This document shows positions 41,531 to 50,110 of a stretch of DNA of 64,000 nt, one piece after another; position 1 is the first letter of the stretch, and every line of letters begins with the position of its first letter. The position numbers and the translations under genes were made by a program. The stretch spans positions 5,981 through 69,980 of the forward strand of contig DATNMO010000007.1 in NCBI GenBank assembly GCA_035602245.1, read 5' to 3'. The notes under the pieces were generated by a model. It saw nothing but the letters and a program-made list of their open reading frames with translations. It was not told the origin of the DNA and did not search any database. The DNA is from Gemmatimonadales bacterium. GTDB taxonomy: Bacteria; Gemmatimonadota; Gemmatimonadetes; Gemmatimonadales; GWC2-71-9.

Positions 41531-42849
41531 GCGTACCGACCGTCGCGATCATCGGCCGGCCCAACGTCGGCAAGTCGACGTTGTTCAACCGGATCATCGG
41601 CCGGCGGGAAGCGATCGTGGACGCCCAGCCGGGCGTCACCCGCGACCGTCACTTTGCGCCCGCCGAGTGGAACGGGCGCCGGTTCTGGCTGGTGGATACG
41701 GGGGGACTGATCCCGGGCTCCACCGACCCGCTGAACCGCGCGATCCGCTCCCAGGTGGAGCAGGCGGTGGCCGAGAGTGATGTGCTCTTGTTCGTGGTGG
41801 ACGTCCAGGCAGGCGTGCACCCGATGGATCTCGAGATCGCGCAGTATCTGCGCAAGGCGAAGCGGCCGCTGGTGTTGGTCGCCAACAAATGCGATGACCT
41901 TCCCCTAGAGACTCGACAGCTGGGATTCTATGAGCTCGGGCTGGGGGAGCCATTCCCGGTCTCGGCCGCCATCGGCAAGAACAGCGGCGATCTCCTGGAC
42001 CGCGTCGCGGGCATGCTTCCCGCGGCCGAGGAAGCCACGGACGACGAGGCCATCCGCGTGGCGGTCGTGGGCCGCCCGAACGTGGGCAAGTCGAGTCTGG
42101 TAAACCGGCTGCTCGGCCAGGACCGCCTGGTCGTGGCCGACGAGCCGGGGACCACGCGCGACGCGATCGACACGTCGTTCGAGTATGGCGGGCGGACGCT
42201 CGTCTTCGTCGATACCGCCGGACTCCGTAAGCGCAGCAGGGTCGAGGAGGATCTCGAGTTCTACTCCGTCCTGCGCACCAGCCGCGCGATGGAGCGGGCC
42301 GACGTGTGCATGCTGGTCGTGGACGCCAAGGACGGCATGCACGTGCAGGATCTCAAGATCGCGAACGACGCCTGGGACAGAGGGGCGGGCGTCCTTATCG
42401 CGGTGAACAAATGGGATCTGATCGAGGAGAAGGAGACCAACACCGCGGTGTACGGCGAGCGGGACATCAAGGCGCGCGCGCCCTTCCTCGAGTTTATCCC
42501 GTTCTACTACGTGTCCGCCAAGACCGGCCAGCGTGTCCCGAAACTGCTCGACGCGATCCTGACGGTGGCCGAGGAGCGCAAAAAGCGGGTGCCCACCGCG
42601 GAGGTCAACCGGGTGCTCGAGGAGTTGATCGCCCGCCAACAGCCCCCGCAACCCGTGGGCGAATCGGTCAGGCTGTTCTACGCGACACAGGTGGGCACCG
42701 CGCCGCCGCGCTTCGCCGTCATCGCGAACCGGCCGGACGCGATCCCGGAATCGTACACGCGCTATCTGCACAACGGCTTTCGGGAAGCATGGGAATTCAC
42801 CGGGGCGCCGCTGACCATCAAGTTTCGACGCAAGAAAGGCCGCCGCTGA
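41527..42849 (+). CDS. der: Ribosome-associated GTPase Der/EngA
   Basis: Two G domains, each with GRPNVGKS(T/S), and a C-terminal KH-like domain. Confidence 0.93.
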   Translation: MSVPTVAIIGRPNVGKSTLFNRIIGRREAIVDAQPGVTRDRHFAPAEWNGRRFWLVDTGGLIPGSTDPLNRAIRSQVEQAVAESDVLLFVVDVQAGVHPMDLEIAQYLRKAKRPLVLVANKCDDLPLETRQLGFYELGLGEPFPVSAAIGKNSGDLLDRVAGMLPAAEEATDDEAIRVAVVGRPNVGKSSLVNRLLGQDRLVVADEPGTTRDAIDTSFEYGGRTLVFVDTAGLRKRSRVEEDLEFYSVLRTSRAMERADVCMLVVDAKDGMHVQDLKIANDAWDRGAGVLIAVNKWDLIEEKETNTAVYGERDIKARAPFLEFIPFYYVSAKTGQRVPKLLDAILTVAEERKKRVPTAEVNRVLEELIARQQPPQPVGESVRLFYATQVGTAPPRFAVIANRPDAIPESYTRYLHNGFREAWEFTGAPLTIKFRRKKGRR

Positions 42850-43493
42850 GCGTCGTCCTGTGGATCCTCGCCGCCTACCTGCTGGGCGCCACACCCACCA
42901 GCTATCTCGCCGGCAAGCTGGGGCGGGGGATCGACTTGCGCGAGCACGGCTCGAAGAACCTGGGTGCGACCAACGTCTACCGTATCCTGGGGTGGAAGTA
43001 CGCCATCCCGGTTGCGCTGTTCGACATCGCGAAGGGGGCGATCCCCGTGCTCTTGTTCGCCCGCTGGGGGGGGGGCGCCGAGCAGCGCCCGTGGTTGCCG
43101 GTCGTCGTCGGCGTCGCGGCGGTGCTGGGCCACATGTTCTCGCCCTACGTGCGGTTCAGGGGTGGGAAGGGCGTGGCCACGGCGGCCGGCATGTTCCTCG
43201 CTCTCGCGCCACTCGCGCTGGTCCTCGCGTTTCCCGTTTGGGCGTTGTGCCTGTGGCTCACAGGATTCGTCTCGTTGAGCTCGATCATTGCCGCGCTCAG
43301 CGTCCCCGCGTGGGTGTGGCTCACGGCTCCCGACTCGCCCTACGTCTTCTGGGCCGGCGTCGCGCTCGCCCTCCTGATCGTCTTCGCGCACCGGCGCAAC
43401 ATCGCGCGACTGGTTGCCGGGACCGAGAGTCGGTTCCGTACGCGAGGGGTCGCCCCGTCAGAGCGTCCGACGGTCCGACCGTCCGACCGATGA
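42789..43493 (+). CDS. plsY: Glycerol-3-phosphate acyltransferase PlsY (start uncertain: ATG 42789 or CTG 42846)
   Basis: YLLGATPTSYL...GSKNLGATNV...GGKGVATAAG motifs. Confidence 0.82.
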   Translation: MGIHRGAADHQVSTQERPPLSVVLWILAAYLLGATPTSYLAGKLGRGIDLREHGSKNLGATNVYRILGWKYAIPVALFDIAKGAIPVLLFARWGGGAEQRPWLPVVVGVAAVLGHMFSPYVRFRGGKGVATAAGMFLALAPLALVLAFPVWALCLWLTGFVSLSSIIAALSVPAWVWLTAPDSPYVFWAGVALALLIVFAHRRNIARLVAGTESRFRTRGVAPSERPTVRPSDR

Positions 43494-44485
43494 AGATCGC
43501 GGTCGTGGGTGGCGGTGCTTGGGGAACGGCGCTCGCGGATCTGCTCGTGCGCAAGGGCGACACGGTCACGCTGTGGGCGCGCGAGCCCGAGGTGGTCGAG
43601 GGCGTGAACCGCCGACACGTGAACGTGATGTTCCTGCCGGGCGCGTCCCTTGCGCCGGCGCTGCGCGCCGAGGGCGACCTCGCCAAGGCCGTGCGGGGCG
43701 CGGAGGTCATCGTCTCCGCGGCGCCGTCGCACGCCGTGCGGCCGGTGATGGCGCAGGCGGCAGCAGCACTGCAGAGTCCCGCGCCGCTCGTCGTGAGCGT
43801 CTCCAAGGGACTCGATCCGGAGAAGCTGGAGCGCCCATCCTGCGTGCTGGGCGAGGTGCTGCCGCGAGGCGTGCCGGTCGCCGTGCTGTCGGGTCCGTCG
43901 TTCGCGATGGAAGTGTTCCAAGGGCAGCCGACCGCCGTGGTCGCCGCGGCGCTCGATCACACGGTCGCGCAGCGGGCGCAGCGCGTGTTTTCAACTGGCT
44001 ACTTCCGCGTCTACTCGCACACCGACGTGGTAGGCGTCGAGCTGGGCGGCGCCCTCAAGAACGTGATCGCGCTCGCTGCCGGGATCCTCGAGGGGTTGGG
44101 ACTGGGCTACAACACACGCGCGGCGCTGATCACGCGGGGCCTCGCGGAGATCACGCGCCTGGGCGTGGAGCTCGGCGCGCAGCCGATGACGTTCGCCGGC
44201 CTAGCAGGAATGGGCGATCTGATTCTGACAGCGACAGGCGCCCTGTCGCGCAATCGCGCCCTCGGAGTCGCCCTGGGGCAGGGGCAGACGCTGGAGCAGG
44301 CGCTCGCGGGAAAGCCGGCCGTCGTGGAAGGCGTGAACACGGCCCGCACGGCGGTGGCGCTGGGCGAGCGGCACGGCGTCGAGCTGCCGATCGCGCGCGA
44401 AGTGGCCAACGTCCTCTTCGAGAACAAGGCGCCGCGGCAAGCGATCACGGATCTGATGGAGCGGGAGCTCAAAGCAGAGCTATGA
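43490..44485 (+). CDS. gpsA: NAD(P)H-dependent glycerol-3-phosphate dehydrogenase
   Basis: MKIAVVGGGAWGTALA Rossmann, GALKNVIALAAG. Confidence 0.92.
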   Translation: MKIAVVGGGAWGTALADLLVRKGDTVTLWAREPEVVEGVNRRHVNVMFLPGASLAPALRAEGDLAKAVRGAEVIVSAAPSHAVRPVMAQAAAALQSPAPLVVSVSKGLDPEKLERPSCVLGEVLPRGVPVAVLSGPSFAMEVFQGQPTAVVAAALDHTVAQRAQRVFSTGYFRVYSHTDVVGVELGGALKNVIALAAGILEGLGLGYNTRAALITRGLAEITRLGVELGAQPMTFAGLAGMGDLILTATGALSRNRALGVALGQGQTLEQALAGKPAVVEGVNTARTAVALGERHGVELPIAREVANVLFENKAPRQAITDLMERELKAEL

Positions 44486-44874
44486 GCACCGGGTCCCCGA
44501 CGCAACCCGTGCAGGAGTTCTTCTCGATCGGCGAGGTCTGCCAGCTCACCGATCTCAAGCCGCACGTGCTGCGGTATTGGGAGAGCCAGTTTCGCTTCCT
44601 GAATCCCGCCAAGAATCGCTCGGGCAATCGCGTGTATCAGCGCCGTGAGATCGAGCTGATCATGCTGGTGAAGCACCTCCTGTACACGGAGAAGTACACG
44701 ATTGAAGGTGCGCGCCAGAAGATCGAGCAGTACCGGCGCTCAGGCGAGCTCAAGCCCGAGGCGCGCCGCGCCCTCGCCACCGAAACGGTGAAGGAGCTCC
44801 GTGCGGAGCTCAAGTCGGTCCTGGGCATCCTCGAAGGGCACACACCGCCGAATGCCTCCCCTGGTGCGCGCTGA
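44482..44874 (+). CDS. MerR-family transcriptional regulator
   Basis: HTH FSIGEVCQLTDLKPHVLRYWE...R..GNRVY. Confidence 0.8.
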   Translation: MSTGSPTQPVQEFFSIGEVCQLTDLKPHVLRYWESQFRFLNPAKNRSGNRVYQRREIELIMLVKHLLYTEKYTIEGARQKIEQYRRSGELKPEARRALATETVKELRAELKSVLGILEGHTPPNASPGAR

Positions 44875-45556
44875 GCTCCGGGTCGCGGTCGTCATACCCG
44901 CGTACGAAGCGGCGGCCACTATCACGGATGTGGTCGCACGCGTCCAGGCTGCATGGCCGTCAGCCTATGTCATCGTCGTCGACGATGGTTCGCGCGATGG
45001 CACCGTCTCCGCCGCCGCGAGCGGAGACGTCGTGGTGGGCCACGATTCGAACCTCGGCAAGGGAGCCGCCCTGCGCGACGGCATTCACGCAGCGATCACC
45101 CACGGGGCCGCCGTCGTCATCACGCTCGATGCCGATGGTCAGCATCCTCCGGAGGAGATCCCCCGTCTGGTCGCGCCGATCGCCGAGGGTCGGGCGGATC
45201 TGGTGCTGGGCGCGCGCCGCCGCGCGCCGCCGATGCCCTTCGGGCGGCGGTGCACCAATTGGCTTTCGGCCCGCCTGGCCACGCGCATTGGCGGGCAGGT
45301 CGTGAGCGACGCGCAGACGGGGTTTCGCGCCTTCACCCGGGAGGTCGCGCTCCGCGTGGCGCCTCGGGAAGAGCGCTACGCCTTCGAGACGGCTTTTCTG
45401 TTGGACGCACTCGCGGCAGGCACCCGCGTGACGTGCGTACCGATCCCCACCGTTTACGACGGCGCGCGCAGCCACTTCCGCCCCTGGGCGGACACGTGGC
45501 GCCTGGCGCGGGTGTTCGCGCGCCATGCAGGGCGGATCGTGGCAGGAGCGGCATGA
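44852..45556 (+). CDS. Family 2 glycosyltransferase
   Basis: VVIPAYEAA...VVDDGSRDGT...LDADGQH (DXD). Confidence 0.8.
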   Translation: MPPLVRAELRVAVVIPAYEAAATITDVVARVQAAWPSAYVIVVDDGSRDGTVSAAASGDVVVGHDSNLGKGAALRDGIHAAITHGAAVVITLDADGQHPPEEIPRLVAPIAEGRADLVLGARRRAPPMPFGRRCTNWLSARLATRIGGQVVSDAQTGFRAFTREVALRVAPREERYAFETAFLLDALAAGTRVTCVPIPTVYDGARSHFRPWADTWRLARVFARHAGRIVAGAA

Positions 45557-46320
45557 GCGACGACAGCCGCCTGCGCATTCTCGTGTCGAACGACGACGGG
45601 GTGCTCGCACCGGGGATCGCCTTGCTCGCGGACGTCTGCGCGGCGGTGGGGCAGGTCACCGTGGTCGCTCCGGATCGGGAACAGAGCGGCACGTCCCACT
45701 CGCTCACGCTGCATCGCCCGCTGCGGGCGCACCGGCGGTCCGATGGCACCTTCCAGGTGGACGGCACGCCCACCGATTGCGTCATGCTCGCCCTGGGCGT
45801 GCTCATGCCCGACGGGCCCAACTGGGTCATCTCCGGCGTAAATCATGGGCCCAACATGGGGGAAGACGTCCTCTACTCGGGCACGGTGGCCGCGGCGATG
45901 GAAGGGCTCGCCGCCGGCATCCCCAGCGTCGCCGTATCGTACGGCAGTTCGGACATCGAGCATCTGGAGAGCCATCGCCCGGGCCTGCAGCGGATCATCG
46001 AGCGGCTCGTCAAGGTCGAGAACTTTCCGGGGGAGACGCTGCTGAATATCAATCTGCCGCCGATCCCCGGCGATCAGGTCAAAGGCGTGAAGGTCACGAA
46101 CCTGGGCAGCCGCGTGTTTCATGAAGAAATCGCCAAGATGAAAGATCCCTGGGGTCGCGAGATACACTGGATCGGCGGGGGTCACGTGACCTGGTCGGGC
46201 GGCTCGGATTCCGACTTCCAGGCGGTGAGCGACGGATACATCTCCGTGACGCCGCTGCACGTGGACATGACCAATTACAAGCTGCTGGAGGTGGTGCGGA
46301 AGTGGAATCTGGGCAAATGA
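45553..46320 (+). CDS. surE: 5'/3'-nucleotidase SurE
   Basis: ILVSNDDG, SGVNHGPN, YSGTVAAAMEG. Confidence 0.92.
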   Translation: MSDDSRLRILVSNDDGVLAPGIALLADVCAAVGQVTVVAPDREQSGTSHSLTLHRPLRAHRRSDGTFQVDGTPTDCVMLALGVLMPDGPNWVISGVNHGPNMGEDVLYSGTVAAAMEGLAAGIPSVAVSYGSSDIEHLESHRPGLQRIIERLVKVENFPGETLLNINLPPIPGDQVKGVKVTNLGSRVFHEEIAKMKDPWGREIHWIGGGHVTWSGGSDSDFQAVSDGYISVTPLHVDMTNYKLLEVVRKWNLGK

Positions 46321-46970
46321 GTGGGAGCCACGACGGCTACGGCGGGTACCGCGCGCGGCTTGTCGAGCAGCTGCGCGCCCAGGGCATTCGCGATCTCGCC
46401 GTACTGCGGGCGTTCGCTGCCACGCCGCGACATCTGTTTGTGCCCCAGGCGGTGCGCCACCGGGCGTATGAGGACGCCGCGCTGCCGATCGGGACGGGCC
46501 AGACGATTTCCCAACCGTTTACCCAGGCTCGCTACCTCGAAACGCTCGCCCTCAAGGGGAAGGAACGTGTCCTCGAGATCGGCACCGGCTCCGGTTATCA
46601 GACCGCGCTACTCGCCGCGCTCGCCGAGCAAGTCTTCAGCATCGAGCGCATGCGCGGCTTGGCCGAAACCGCCCAGGCGGCCCTCAAAGCCGCCGGCGTG
46701 CCGAATGTTTCCCTGCTCGTTGGAGACGGGACATTGGGCTGGAGCGCGTACGCCCCGTACGATGCGATCCTCGTCGCGGCTGGGGGCCCGGAGGTTCCGC
46801 CGCCACTCGTCGAGCAGCTGGCGCCGCAGGGACGGATGATCATTCCGCTGGGCGCAAAAGGCGCCCAGACCCTGACCCTGGTCCGGCGTGACGAGAACGG
46901 CATCCGAGCGACGCCGTTGGGCGAGGCGCGGTTCGTCCCCCTGGTGGGGGAGCACGGCTTCGATGGTTGA
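46317..46970 (+). CDS. pcm: Protein-L-isoaspartate O-methyltransferase
   Basis: GQTISQP, VLEIGTGSGYQTA. surE-pcm synteny. Confidence 0.9.
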   Translation: MSGSHDGYGGYRARLVEQLRAQGIRDLAVLRAFAATPRHLFVPQAVRHRAYEDAALPIGTGQTISQPFTQARYLETLALKGKERVLEIGTGSGYQTALLAALAEQVFSIERMRGLAETAQAALKAAGVPNVSLLVGDGTLGWSAYAPYDAILVAAGGPEVPPPLVEQLAPQGRMIIPLGAKGAQTLTLVRRDENGIRATPLGEARFVPLVGEHGFDG

Positions 46971-47580
46971 ACGCTTCATCGACTGGCTGCTACACACGCT
47001 GCTCGCGCTCGGCTATCCCGGAATCGTCGGGTTGATGGCGATGGAATCGTCAATCCTGCCGGTGCCGAGCGAGCTGGTGATGCCCCCGGCGGGGTACTGG
47101 GCGGCCAAAGGCGAGATGAACTTCTTCGTGGTGCTGGCGTGCGGGGTGCTGGGCAGCGTCATTGGGGCGTTGGCCAACTATTACGGCGCCCAATGGATCG
47201 GGCGGCCGCTGATCCAGCGCTACGGCAAGTACGTGCTTCTCAGCGAGAAGAACTTGCAGCGTTCGGAACGGTTCTTCGCGCAGCATGGAGAGATCAGCAC
47301 GCTCATTGGGCGTTTATTCCCCGTCATCCGGCACCTCATCTCGATCCCGGCAGGCCTGCATCGCTTGCCGCTGCCCAAGTTCATCACGTATACGGCCATC
47401 GGCGCGCTGGTTTGGTGTGCGATTCTCACCTGGATTGGCTATTTCCTCGGTCAGCATGAGGGCGTTTTGCGCAACGAGGAGATCCACCGCTATGTCACGT
47501 GGGCCCTCCTGGCCCTGATTCCGCTCGCCGCCGTCGTGGTGCTCGTGTACGTTCTGCGCCGGCGCCGTAAGGCCCTGTGA
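46963..47580 (+). CDS. DedA-family membrane protein
   Basis: YPGIVGLMAMESSILPVPSE and the GRLFPVIRHLISIPAG re-entrant motif. Confidence 0.85.
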   Translation: MVERFIDWLLHTLLALGYPGIVGLMAMESSILPVPSELVMPPAGYWAAKGEMNFFVVLACGVLGSVIGALANYYGAQWIGRPLIQRYGKYVLLSEKNLQRSERFFAQHGEISTLIGRLFPVIRHLISIPAGLHRLPLPKFITYTAIGALVWCAILTWIGYFLGQHEGVLRNEEIHRYVTWALLALIPLAAVVVLVYVLRRRRKAL

Positions 47581-47849
47581 CCGCGCGCCGCTGGATCGTG
47601 CGCGGCCTGGTGCAGGGGGTGGGGTTCAGGTGGTTTGTCGGGCGTGAAGCCGATCGGTTGGGCCTGCGGGGATTTGTACGCAACCTTTCCGACGGAACGG
47701 TTGAAGTGGTTTCGCAGGGTGCCGAGGCGGCGCTCGATGCGCTGGAGCGACACATCAGCCGCGGCCCGTCGCATGCGCGAGTGGATGCCGTGGAGCGCCT
47801 TCACGTTCCAGTTGAACTGGATGTTCCTACGTCGTTCGATATCAGGTGA
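47577..47849 (+). CDS. acyP: Acylphosphatase
   Basis: 90 aa, V.G.VQGVGFR and G.VRN..DG.V signatures. Confidence 0.85.
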   Translation: MTARRWIVRGLVQGVGFRWFVGREADRLGLRGFVRNLSDGTVEVVSQGAEAALDALERHISRGPSHARVDAVERLHVPVELDVPTSFDIR

Positions 47850-47858
47850 CTCCGAGAC

Positions 47859-48401
47859 TTGAGCCCCCGGCCGGTGCCTACACTCGACGACCTGAAGCGC
47901 GCCATTCGCGACGTGCGCAATTTCCCCAAGCCCGGGATCATTTTCCGGGACGTCACGCCGGTGCTGCTCGACGTGGAATTGTTCGCGCGCGCTGTCACCC
48001 TGATGGCAGAGCCGTACCGGGACGCGCGGATCTCGCGGGTCGTGTCCATCGAGTCGCGCGGATTCCTGTTCGGAGCGCCGATCGCGCTGGCGCTCAGGGC
48101 AGGGCTGGTCCCGATCCGGAAACCGGGGAAACTGCCGGCGGCCACCGAGAGGGTCGAGTACGCCCTCGAGTACGGGACCGATGCGCTGGAGATGCACCAC
48201 GACGCCGTGCAGCCCGGGGATCGTGTGCTCATCGTGGACGACGTACTGGCTACGGGAGGCACGGCAAACGCCGCGGCGCAGCTCGTGGGCGGCACCGGTG
48301 GCGCCGTCGTGGGGTTCAGCTTCCTCATCGAGCTCGACAACTTGAAGGGCCGCCAGCGCCTGCAAGGGAGGCGCGTCGAGGCCTTGCTGCACTACACGTA
48401 A
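47859..48401 (+). CDS. apt: Adenine phosphoribosyltransferase (TTG start)
   Basis: FPKPGIIFRD and the PRPP loop VLIVDDVLATGGT. Confidence 0.92.
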   Translation: MSPRPVPTLDDLKRAIRDVRNFPKPGIIFRDVTPVLLDVELFARAVTLMAEPYRDARISRVVSIESRGFLFGAPIALALRAGLVPIRKPGKLPAATERVEYALEYGTDALEMHHDAVQPGDRVLIVDDVLATGGTANAAAQLVGGTGGAVVGFSFLIELDNLKGRQRLQGRRVEALLHYT

Positions 48402-48424
48402 CTCGCGTACATTTCGCGGCTTAC

Positions 48425-48498
48425 GCCCCTGTAGCTCAGGTGGATAGAGCAGCGGTTTCCTAAACCGTTGGCCGGGTGTTCGAGTCACCCCAGGGGCA
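48425..48498 (+). tRNA. tRNA-Arg (CCT)
   Basis: Manual cloverleaf: acceptor gcccctg/caggggc, D gctc/gagc, anticodon loop ttCCTaa, T arm gggtg-ttcgagt-caccc. Confidence 0.9.
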
Positions 48499-48548
48499 CT
48501 GGGGATTCGGACCGCGGACGAGCACGATTTCAGAGGAAACTCACACGC

Positions 48549-49229
48549 ATGGCGACGCAGACGGCAACACCAGTGGGCGGGAGCAACCCGGCGAGGCTCC
48601 AGGTTGAGCCGGCCTCCGAGCGGCTGTTGGCGTGGATCAAGGCCCACAAGCAAGCCGCAACGTGGATAGGTGCGGTCCTCGTGGTGGCGCTCGTGTTGTT
48701 CGTGTGGACGCTGTCGTCCAATCGCCGCAGCGAGGAGATCGCGAGCCGGGAGCTTCAGGGGGCGCGCTTCGCATTCGAGAACAAGAATCTGCCGCTCGCC
48801 GCCAGCGAGTTGGCCCGCATCGTCGAGAACTATTCCGGTACCAATGCAGCCCAGGAGGGGCGACTGCTGCTGGCGCAGGTGCGGCTGCTGCAGGGGCAAC
48901 CCCAGCAGGCGGTCGAGGTGCTGCGGGACTTCGCCCCAGGCGCGGGAAAGGCGTTCCGCGCGCAGGCGTACGGCCTCCTGGGTGCTGCCTATGAGAACAT
49001 GGCCCGACCCAGAGAAGCCGCGGAGGCCTATGAAAAGGGGGCCGAGGAGGCCCGTATGGACTTCCTGAAGGTGCAGTTGCTGTCGGATGCCGGACGGGCG
49101 TGGACGATCGCTAGCGAGAGCACGAAGGCGATTGCAACCTACCGGCGGATCGTGAAGGACTTCCCGAAAGAGGGGACGGCGACCGAGGCGAAGGTGCGCC
49201 TGGGTGAGCTCACCAAAGGTGCACTATGA
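48549..49229 (+). CDS. Membrane-anchored TPR protein (YfgM-like topology)
   Basis: Single N-terminal TM WIGAVLVVALVLFVW, then TPR-like helices. Confidence 0.65.
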   Translation: MATQTATPVGGSNPARLQVEPASERLLAWIKAHKQAATWIGAVLVVALVLFVWTLSSNRRSEEIASRELQGARFAFENKNLPLAASELARIVENYSGTNAAQEGRLLLAQVRLLQGQPQQAVEVLRDFAPGAGKAFRAQAYGLLGAAYENMARPREAAEAYEKGAEEARMDFLKVQLLSDAGRAWTIASESTKAIATYRRIVKDFPKEGTATEAKVRLGELTKGAL

Positions 49230-49238
49230 CGGCAGTCA

Positions 49239-49266
49239 ACTTCGTATAATAGATGTTATGTTAAGT
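49239..49266. other. dif: dif-like XerC/XerD chromosome-dimer resolution site
   Basis: ACTTCGTATAA-TAGATG-TTATGTTAAGT compared with E. coli dif GGTGCGCATAA-TGTATA-TTATGTTAAAT gives 20/28 identical and 10/11 in the XerD arm. It sits in the only AT-rich spacer, exactly at the convergence of the + and - gene blocks. Confidence 0.7.
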
Positions 49267-49295
49267 TGAGCGGTGTGTGAATGTGGACAAGCCCC

Positions 49296-50090
49296 TCAAG
49301 TAATCACACCCCTGAACACAATCCGCCCCTCCCCAGCAAGCCAGACATCGTCATAGCGGCCGCTCCCAGCCTTGGCCGCCTTGATCCCAAGCAAGCGCCC
49401 GCTGCGGGTCTGGATGTTGATGGGTAGGCGTCCCAATCCCCATTCCTGGATCGCACACGCCGCGGCGACCGCGCCCGTCCCGCAGGCTAGCGTCTCGGCC
49501 TCGACGCCACGCTCGTACGTCCGCATCCGCCATACCCCCTGTTCGCCGGGAGAGATAAAGTTGATGTTCGCGCCATCCGGCGCGAGCGCCGGGTCGAACC
49601 GCAGCGCGGCACCGCGCCGCATGAGGTTCACGGCGTCTACCTCGTCGAGCAGCACCACGAGATGGGGCACGCCCACCTGCCCCAGGGCTGCCTGCAGCTC
49701 CCCTGGGACCAATGCCAGGCCCCCGACCGGTGCGGGCGGCTCTACCGCAGCGAGATGGAGCTCGGCCCGGCCCGGCTCCGTCACCCGGCTACGATAGGTG
49801 CCGGCGTCAGTCTCGAGATCCATGCCATCCGGCGATGCCAGGCTCAAGTGCACGGCGAGGGTGGTGCTGCACAGGGCCGCGTTTCCGCACATGGCGGCGT
49901 GGGAACCGTCGGCATTGTAGTAGATCATGCGGGCCGTGCCGGGCCGAGAGCCCGGGCCGACGAACACGACGCCATCCGCGCCCACTCCGGTGCCGCGGGC
50001 GCAGACGATCTGCATGTCTTCGGGCGACCAGTCGGCCGGCGCGGACACGCGCGCGTCCACCATGACGAAATCGTTCCCCGATCCCGTCAT
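49296..50090 (-). CDS. dapF: Diaminopimelate epimerase (start uncertain; conserved strand begins at CTG 50105)
   Basis: GSGNDFVMVD, catalytic Cys motifs MCGNA and ACGTG. Confidence 0.88.
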   Translation of the reverse strand: MTGSGNDFVMVDARVSAPADWSPEDMQIVCARGTGVGADGVVFVGPGSRPGTARMIYYNADGSHAAMCGNAALCSTTLAVHLSLASPDGMDLETDAGTYRSRVTEPGRAELHLAAVEPPAPVGGLALVPGELQAALGQVGVPHLVVLLDEVDAVNLMRRGAALRFDPALAPDGANINFISPGEQGVWRMRTYERGVEAETLACGTGAVAAACAIQEWGLGRLPINIQTRSGRLLGIKAAKAGSGRYDDVWLAGEGRIVFRGVIT

Positions 50091-50110
50091 CTTGTAGACG
50101 TGCAGGCCGG

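Noticed and set aside
43066-43075. Other homopolymer runs: G10 in plsY (43066-43075), C9+C7 (5099-5115), C8 (38600-38607), G9 (59694-59702), A8 in lptC (61369-61376)
   Set aside because: They are shorter than the G12 tract and encode Gly/Pro/Phe stretches in essential or ordinary genes. They are plausibly just by-products of composition, so I do not propose them as switches.
49230-49295. AT-rich convergent spacer read as a bidirectional terminator
   Set aside because: Only weak 6-bp stems with loops of 20 nt or more can be drawn (caactt/aagttg, gtgtga/tcacac). The 11-6-11 match to dif explains the sequence much better, although a terminator role is not excluded.
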